From Octopus vulgaris (taxonomy: Eukaryota): a stretch of 64,000 nt of DNA. The stretch is taken from contig OX597823.1 of assembly GCA_951406725.2 (NCBI GenBank), positions 65,348,001-65,412,000 on the forward strand. The letters run 5' to 3'. This document shows, in pieces, positions 56,737-64,000 of this stretch; position 1 is the first letter of the stretch, and each line of letters opens with the position of its first letter. The position numbers and the translations under genes were made by a program. The notes beneath the pieces are model-generated. The model saw only the letters and a list, made by a program, of their open reading frames with translations, did no database searches and was not told where the DNA came from.

Positions 56737-57644
56737 CATCCATCCATCCATACATACATAGATACATACATCGGTATATATATTCGTGTGCCATTGTATT
56801 TGTGTATATATGTATGTAAGTATGTATGTATGTATGTATGAATATATATATATATATATATCAATGCATGTGTGAAAATTATTTGGTTCAGTTTTAGCAT
56901 GTATAAAGATGATTCCTTTTTTAAAAAAAATATTTTTGTAAAAAAAAGTTGTAAATTCTTTATCAAACATCATTTGCCTTTTAAGAAGAAGCTTCTTCCA
57001 AGTGTGTCTGAGCGTTATCTTTTCAAACACACGTGTTTTTGGATAGTGTACGAAAGAAACAGTTTTTATTTTTGAAGTACTCTTAGTATTAACTATTTTG
57101 GGTTTATTTTCGGACTTAGGGTTTTCATGAGGCATTCTTTTTTTTTTTTGTCTTTCATAATTAATCATTTTTATTCAATAAAAAGGGAATATGTAAATAT
57201 TCTTTTATCATTGTTTTTGTTATATGAGGTGCTGACTATTTTCGGTTTAGTTTCGGATTTAGAGTTCTTATAAAATATTCTTTTTCTGCTTTTTCGTAGT
57301 TGATCATTTTCATCGTATATTTTGTAACAGGGGAATGTTTTAAAGTTTTCATTTCCACAAATATCTAAATGTTCACTGCCTGAGACATTCCAAAGAATAC
57401 ATAAGAATACCTAATTTGCTGTTTACGCACATTTACGCTACTGGTCAGTTTTCATATAAAAGTGAGTTTGGAGGGATGTATTATCCGCCCAGATACTGTA
57501 TTAGCACTCAGTTATGTTCCAGTTAACAGCTAACCACAACGATCAGTATCTGACGTCTGTGTCTGCATTTAGTTGTTAGTCACTCCATAAATTCTTCAGA
57601 TGGGTAATTCGGCGTACTCTTCGCTGGACGGGAAAAGTTGTCTG

Positions 57645-57768
57645 GACACATTTCCTGTGTCCTTATATTTGCGAAGGGAAGGCAAGCACCTCCACCAGCT
57701 AGGATTCACACCTGAAGACATGCATGTTTCTGGGTCTTACCTGTCATCAGTCCAGGATAGCAAGTCCT
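57645..57768 (-). repeat. Hammerhead-bearing repeat, partial copy 1
   Basis: Near-identical to 59078-59201. Confidence 0.9.
57711..57756 (-). ncRNA. Type I hammerhead ribozyme with intact core
   Basis: rc: CCTGGA CTGATGA CAGGTAAGACCCA GAAA CATGCATG TC TTCAGG. Stem I CCUGGA/UUCAGG, stem II GGU/ACC, palindromic stem III ACAUGCAUGU, GUC cleavage triplet. Confidence 0.8.
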
Positions 57769-58256
57769 ATGTGAATAAAAATAAAGAATAAAGGGACTTC
57801 TACGTCTACAAAATCTACCTTATAGTTATATACACATTTTACTATACACTCACCACCGGTATTATCCTCGTTAACACCACCACTAACCCCATCACCACGA
57901 CGTGAGAGCCTAATGCATCGGCTGGCATGCCGTCTTTCACTTTCTCTACCTCTCACTCTTAATATAATTGCCTCGCTCTCTCACTCTCTCTTACTTTCTA
58001 CCTTCCTTTAACCTATATATATATACATATAAATTAGAGAAAAGAACCATATTTTATCAATTCAATAATGAAAAATTAAATTATACCGTTTAGAAAAATT
58101 ACATATTATAGAAAGATTAAATATAAGATGAAACATAACAATGATTAAGTAAAGTGCAAAATAGTAAATAAAACATATATATTTGGTAGAATAACGAAAC
58201 GTGTTTTGTGGGTGTATTTAAGAAATGATAATAGTAATAATAGTAAAATAACTTCA

Positions 58257-58377
<121 letters not shown>

Positions 58378-58557
58378 AATATATATACGAGAAAGAAGCA
58401 ACAAGAATGGATTCTTGTTGCTTCTTTCTCGTTTATAATCACCCCACATTACTGTATGGATAACACCATATGGTTTTTCTGGTGCATCTAAGTTAAGTAC
58501 CACATTCAAGTAAATTCATTGGAAGTTACTTGAATCTTAATTGCTATAAATATATAT

Positions 58558-58633
<76 letters not shown>

Positions 58634-58699
58634 TAAAAACGGTAATATAACAAAAGAAAGAAAGAGACCTCAATATTATGCAAATAGAGGAAATTTATC

Positions 58700-58877
58700 T
58701 GTAAAATAATATGAAATAATTATTCAATAGTCAAGATAAAACTCTGAGTTTCGGATGCCGAGGTGCAAATCCACAACACCATCTCTTCGATTAGAAGAGA
58801 TGGTGTTGTGAATTTCCACTCGGGATCCGAAACTCAGAGTTTTATCTTGGCTATTGAATAATTGTCACATATTATTT

Positions 58878-58881
<4 letters not shown>
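58700..58881. repeat. Inverted repeat with ~89-bp arms and a 5-nt spacer, Penelope pLTR-like
   Basis: TGTAAAATAATATG..AAGATAAAACTCTGAGTTTCGGAT..CACAACACCATCTCTTC / GAAGAGATGGTGTTGTG..ATCCGAAACTCAGAGTTTTATCTT..CATATTATTTTACA. Confidence 0.85.
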
Positions 58882-58920
<39 letters not shown>

Positions 58921-58921
<1 letters not shown>

Positions 58922-59201
58922 TTAGAAATATTGTAGTTTCTAAATGTCTCAAAGAGACATGAGCGGTGGTGGAGCGATAGAGTGGTTGTATACTGTCAAC
59001 ATAACGTGACAGTCCTGTAAGGGAATTACACCACCGCAATTTAGCCCTAGGAAGCATCGACGCTTCCTGACGGCTTTGACACATTTCCTGTGTCCTTATA
59101 TTTGCGAAGGGAACGCAAGCACCTCCACCAGCTAGGATTCACACCTGAAGACATGCATGTTTCTGGGTCTTACCTGTCACCAGTCCAGGATAGCAAGTCC
59201 T
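58921..59201 (-). repeat. Hammerhead-bearing repeat, full ~280-bp copy (retrozyme or PLE pLTR-like)
   Basis: Homologous to 57645-57768, 62719-62892 (direct) and 62891-63103 (inverted). Hammerhead at 59144-59189 has a CTGGTGA core variant. Confidence 0.85.
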
Positions 59202-60833
59202 TTTCTCTTTATTATAGGCACAATGGCCTGACTGAAGAGGGGACGTAACAATACAATACAGGACATGGTGTACATATAACAAAAATACAGAAAGGATGAT
59301 ATGAAATGAAATATTAACAATGAATTAATGAAATGGCTTACGAGCCCACCAAAGCTCGCAGTTTCATTTACAATTACAGTTATACTATCTGGGGTGTTCG
59401 TCAGTAATGTAAACGAGTAATTCATCTTGCTCTATAACGCCGGGCAAACTGTCTTATCGAACGTAATGCGCTGTGGTTACCGCTGTATCTGAAAACAAAT
59501 TTATTAATTTATTTATCGTCTCTTTTTCCACTATTGCAGCCTTTATTTTGTTATTGTATATCCTCGGATTCTTTTTCACTCTCGTTAGATTTTTCGTTAT
59601 TGCTAATTTTTTCTCAAGTTCTTTATCTTTTGTGTACAACATTACAGCTTTGAGATTCTTTCCTTTCGGTCTTCCTCCTTCCTTGTATGTTTTCAGACAT
59701 TCTTCCACTTTTGTTGACAATTTTCCCGCTTCCTCCCACATTGTAAATTCACTCACTTTAGTTGCTGTATTTCTCCCTTCGTGCGTTCGATCCTCTGTCT
59801 TGTCAGCATTCTTCTTTTTAGTTTTTTTTTTTGGTCTTTGGGTGGTGATTCCACCCGTGTTCGCTTTCTATCCTCTTTTTCTTCCGTTCTTTACTTTTCT
59901 TTCTCCTTCACTAACTCGTCGTCACTTTCCATATTATCTCCTAAATCCTCTGACAAATCTCTTAGTGCTTCCTCCAGTGTCATCTTCTTCTCTTGTATTT
60001 CTCCTTCAGGACACACATCTTTCATGTGCCTCTTCTCTTACATTTATAACACACTGGAGGTCTCCCCTCCACCACGACTCTGAGTCATGTCTCGTCGGGG
60101 TACACCATCTCCTCCGGGATGTTATGCAAATCTGGCATGGTTATGTGGACTAAGGCTTGCACCACATAACCCCACCAGTTTATTTCATTCGACTTTTCCA
60201 CTTTAATTATGTTCACGTTCTCTTTGCAGTTGTAGATTATTGCAGCTACTATTCTTTCGGTATCAAGTTCCGGTGGGAATTTGCTTATTCGTATCATCAC
60301 TGCTCTTTTCCACAATAACTAGGAAATAAAACCCATTTTTCCGATCTCAACACTGTCGTTGCGTTCCTTTTTGCTCCGTCTTCATTTTCGAATCGCACGT
60401 CTATCGTAGCATATTTTCTACCTCTATTGTAGAAGGTAGTTCTTCCTTTTGTTTCCTGTAGACATTTTTCAATCTCTTCCAACTTTGCTACTTCTATTCT
60501 CTTTGAGACCACATTGCATGTTCTGTATGTTATGATTTTGTTCTCCGCTTCTTTCACTTCGTCTTCAGGTGGTGTAACCCTCAGACAGTCACCTTCCTTC
60601 TTGAAGCTGTCGTAGTATTTCCTCAAATTTTCCTTCTCGACAATTATTTCTTACAACTATAATTCGTTTGCAGCCAGGCCCTTGCCTGCTGCTTCTGCAT
60701 AAGTTTGGGCTTGCATACGCAACAAAGAATTCAACAATTCAACACGACGCAACAGTTTTCAACAACAATAATCAGCAAAATCCAACTCACAACCGCAAAT
60801 CCGACAGACCGATACAAACACTACCGTGAGCCC
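59200..60833 (-). mobile_element. ORF1/Gag-only non-autonomous retroelement, copy A
   Basis: Colinear with 60976-62655: GT-rich 5' UTR, single ORF, ~185-nt 3' UTR ending TCAGGCCATTGTGCCTATAATAAAGAGAAAA. Confidence 0.8.
59385..60716 (-). pseudogene. Gag/ORF1-like protein with CCHC zinc knuckle (copy A, disrupted)
   Basis: MQAQTYAEAAGKG..KYATIDVRF..LFPSYCG..VVEGRPPVCYKCKREAHERCV..K/E-rich region..DEHPR*. Several stops and frameshifts. Confidence 0.75.
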
Positions 60834-60975
60834 TTTCTCTTTATTATAGGCACAATGGCCTGACTGAAGAGGGATCATAACAATACAATACAGGACATGG
60901 GGTACATATAACAAAAATCCAACTCAAAAACGCAAATCCGACAAACCGACACAAAAAACGCGAGCCCTGCTAGCT
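60834..60975 (-). mobile_element. Internally deleted mini-copy of the ORF1-only element
   Basis: ~80 bp of the 3' end fused at AACAAAAAT to ~60 bp of the 5' end (..GAGCCCTGCTAGCTG). Confidence 0.85.
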
Positions 60976-62655
60976 GAAATCTTTATTATAGGCACAATGG
61001 CCCGAAAAAAGAGGGGACATAAGGATACAATACAGGACATGGGTTACATATAACAAAAATACAGAAAGGATGATATGAAATGAAATATAAATAATGAATT
61101 AAATGAAATGGCCTACGAGCCCCCCAAAGCTCGCAGTTTCATTTACAATTACAGTTATACTATCTGGGGTGTTCGTCCGCAATGTAAACGAGTAATTCAT
61201 CCTGTTCTATAACGCCGGGCAAACTATCATATCGAACGTAGTATGCTATGCACACAGCTGTATTTGAAAACAAATTTATTAATTTATTTACCGTCTCTTT
61301 ATCCACAATTGCAGCCTTTATTTGGTTATCGTATATCCTCGGGTTCAATTTCACTCTCGTTAGATTTTTCATTATCGCTAATTTTTTCTCAATTTCTTCA
61401 TCCTTTTCGTACAACATTACAGCTTTGAGATTTCTTACTTTTGGTCTTCCTCCTTCCTTGTATGTTTTCAGACATTCTTCCACTTTTTGTTGACCATTTT
61501 TTCGTTTCCTCCCACGTTGAAAATTCACTCACTTTAGTTGCTGTGTCTCTCCCTTCGTGTGTTCGACCCTCTGTCTCGTCGGCAGACTTCTTTTTAGTTT
61601 CTTTCTTTTTTTGGTCTTTGGGTGGTGATTCCACCCGTGTTCGCTTTCTATCACCTTTGTCTTCTGTTCTTTACTTTTCTTTCTCCTTCACTAACTCGTC
61701 GCCATTTTCCACATTATCTGTTGTCACAATTTCCTCTTCCGCTTGCAATTCCACATTCTCCTTTCCTAACTCCTCTGTCAAAGCCTCCATTCCTTCCTCC
61801 AGTGTTATCGTCTTCTCTTGTATTTCTCTTTGAGGACACACATCATTCATGTGCTCTCTGCTCTTACATTTATAACACACTGGAGGTCTCCCCTCCACCA
61901 CGACTCTCAGTCGTGTCTCGTCGTGGAACACCGGGATGTTATACAAATCTGGCATGGCTATGTGGACTGAAGCTTGCACCGCATAACACCATCAGTTTAT
62001 TTCCTTCGACCCCTCCACCCCAAGTATGTCAAGGCTCTCCTTGCAGTTGTAGATCATTGCAGCCACCATTCTTTCGGCATCAATCTCCGGTGGGACCCTG
62101 CCCATTCGCATCCTCACTGCTCCCTCTCCACAGTAACTAGGAAGCAAAACCCATCTTTCCGATCTCAACACCGTCGCTGCGCTCCTCTTCGCCCCGTTCT
62201 CATTCTCAAAACGAACGTCCACCGCAGCGTACTTTCTACCTCCATTGTAGAAGGTAGCTCCTCCTCCAATTTCCTGTAGACACTTCTCAGCCTCCTCCAC
62301 CTGTGCTACTTCGATTCTCCTTGAGACCACATTCCATGTTTTGCATGTCATGATTCTCCTCTCCGCCTCCTTCACCTCATCCTCAGGTGGTGCAAACCCA
62401 AAAAGTCACCCTCTCTTTTAAAGCTGTCGCAGTACTTCCTCAAACCTTCCCTCTCGACAATTACTTCCTCCATCTGCAACTCGTTCGCAGCCAGGCCCCT
62501 GCCCGCTGCTCCCGCACAAGCTTGGGCTTGCATACCCAACAAAAAATCCAACAATTCAACACGTCGCAACAGCTCTCGACAACAACAATGAACAAATCCA
62601 AGTCAAAACCGCAAAACCGACAAACCGACACAAAAACGTGAGCCCTGCTAGCTGG
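60976..62655 (-). mobile_element. ORF1/Gag-only non-autonomous retroelement, copy B
   Basis: 5' end CAGCTAGCAGGGCTCACG and 3' end GGCCATTGTGCCTATAATAAAGA. Colinear with copy A. Confidence 0.8.
61160..62533 (-). pseudogene. Gag/ORF1-like protein with CCHC zinc knuckle (copy B, disrupted, A>G hypermutated 5' part)
   Basis: CYKCKSREHMNDVC fits CX2CX4HX4C. ORF pieces 62372-62569, 61992-62375, 61671-61979, 61398-61634 and 61160-61528 join into ~455 codons. Confidence 0.8.
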
Positions 62656-62718
62656 GATACCTGTCTAGCCTTCGCAAATATATATATTTACAGTGAAATC
62701 TATTCACTGGTCACCGTA

Positions 62719-63103
62719 ATTAGAAATATTGAATTTGTAAATGTCTCAAAGAGACATGAGCGGTGGTGGAACGATAGAGTGGTAGTATACTGTCAACATA
62801 ACGTGACAGTTCCGTAAGAAAATTACACCACCCTAAGAAAGCATCGATGCTTCCTGTCGGCTTTGACACATTTCCTGTGTCCTTATATTTGCTATCCTGT
62901 ATTGTTGACGGGTAAGACCCAGAAACATTCATGTCTTCAGGTGTGAATCCTATTTGGTGGGGGCGCTTGCCTCCCCTTCGCAAATATAAGGACACAGGAT
63001 ATGTGTCAAAGCCGACTGGAAGCGTCGATGCTTCCTCGGGCTAAATTGCGGTGGTGTAATTCCCTTACAGGACTGTCACGTTATGTTGACAGTATACAAC
63101 CAC
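62719..63103. repeat. Direct partial plus inverted copy of the hammerhead-bearing repeat
   Basis: 62719-62892 matches 58921-59105. 62891-63103 is the reverse complement of ~58982-59194, with a degenerate plus-strand hammerhead at 62896-62941 (TTGTTGA CGGGTAAGACCCA GAAA CATTCATG TC TTCAGG). Confidence 0.88.
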
Positions 63104-63120
63104 ACACACACACACACACA

Positions 63121-63175
<55 letters not shown>

Positions 63176-64000
63176 ATTATTTAGTATTTTGTTTTTACTT
63201 TTTTGGTTTAAATATTTGTTCGTATTGTTAGAGTACACAGATACATACAACGACAGAAATGTAAGTAGAATATGACAGAAAGATAGATAGAAAGAAAGAT
63301 AGATAGATAATTCGATATGAAGTTAGGCAGATTTGTAAGTATGTATGTATGCATGTAGGTAGGTAGGCAGGTAGGTTTGTAGGTAAGTCGTTAGGTACAT
63401 AGCTAGACAGGTAGATTGATTTACTCTTTGATTGATAATTTTTTCTTCATTGCTACGTATGTGGACAATTACATCATCTCAAAAATCAAATGTTTCGGAA
63501 AGATATACAATTTAATCAAACAATATTAAAAATAATGCTAGTATTATTGTTATAATACATTATTTGCCACATGGCATCTTTAAAGATGTATGTAGCTCAA
63601 TTGATCTAGTATCCCCTGGTAGTTGCCTGGAAGTAATTGGCGCATTACCGCTCGTCACCAAAGCGAACGAATTAAAACTAAATTAGACGCCATTTATTTT
63701 GAATGCAGAATATAAATGACGTAACAATATAACTCAAGATTTTCCATCCTTAGTTCTTCAAATATTGCCATCACCTTCTTTCGAAGCTACAAAAACAAGA
63801 ACAGCAACAAAATCAGTGGTAGCAACCACCACCATCACCACCATCACCATCCTCACCACCACAACAACAGCAGTGTTATATTTGTTACATGTTTTGGTCA
63901 AAGTCTATTAATCTGTAAATCAATAATTAAAAATACTCTCGAATATGAAAGATCAAAACATATTTCTATTTATATTTCTAAATAAATCGGTTTGCAAGCA

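Noticed and set aside
59473-60153. 226-aa hydrophobic plus-strand ORF resembling a membrane protein
   Set aside because: It is the antisense shadow of the K/E-rich minus-strand ORF1-like frame and is broken in copy B.
60181-60716. APOBEC-type G>A hypermutation of copy A as the alternative polarity
   Set aside because: Disfavoured but not excluded. Copy A keeps Trp codons (WWG) and ORF1-like motifs (TYAEAA), and the context fits ADAR acting on copy B. A consensus is needed to settle it.

Overview
This is an AT-rich, microsatellite-dense eukaryotic window with no recognisable host protein-coding gene. The SINE families and the (TA)n/(CA)n/(TATG)n load suggest a coleoid cephalopod, most likely Octopus (inference from repeat recognition). 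Almost all supplied ORFs are microsatellite or repeat artefacts. Recognisable transposons are one near-intact IR-DR Tc1 (DD34E) element, several decayed mariner/Tc1 relics, tRNA-type SINEs and LINE/Penelope fragments. There is also a SINE-derived 45-bp minisatellite and a perfect palindrome with 161-bp arms. The most interesting part is 57.6-63.1 kb. A structured repeat carrying a type I hammerhead ribozyme (3 copies, direct and inverted) brackets a head-to-tail array of a ~1.65-kb element that encodes only a Gag/ORF1-like CCHC zinc-knuckle protein and shares its 3' tail with the local SINEs. One array copy carries a dense, strand-specific A-to-G cluster (about 70 A>G vs about 4 G>A by hand count over ~535 nt) with ADAR-like neighbour preference. 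It looks like a hyper-edited RNA that was reverse-transcribed into the genome.
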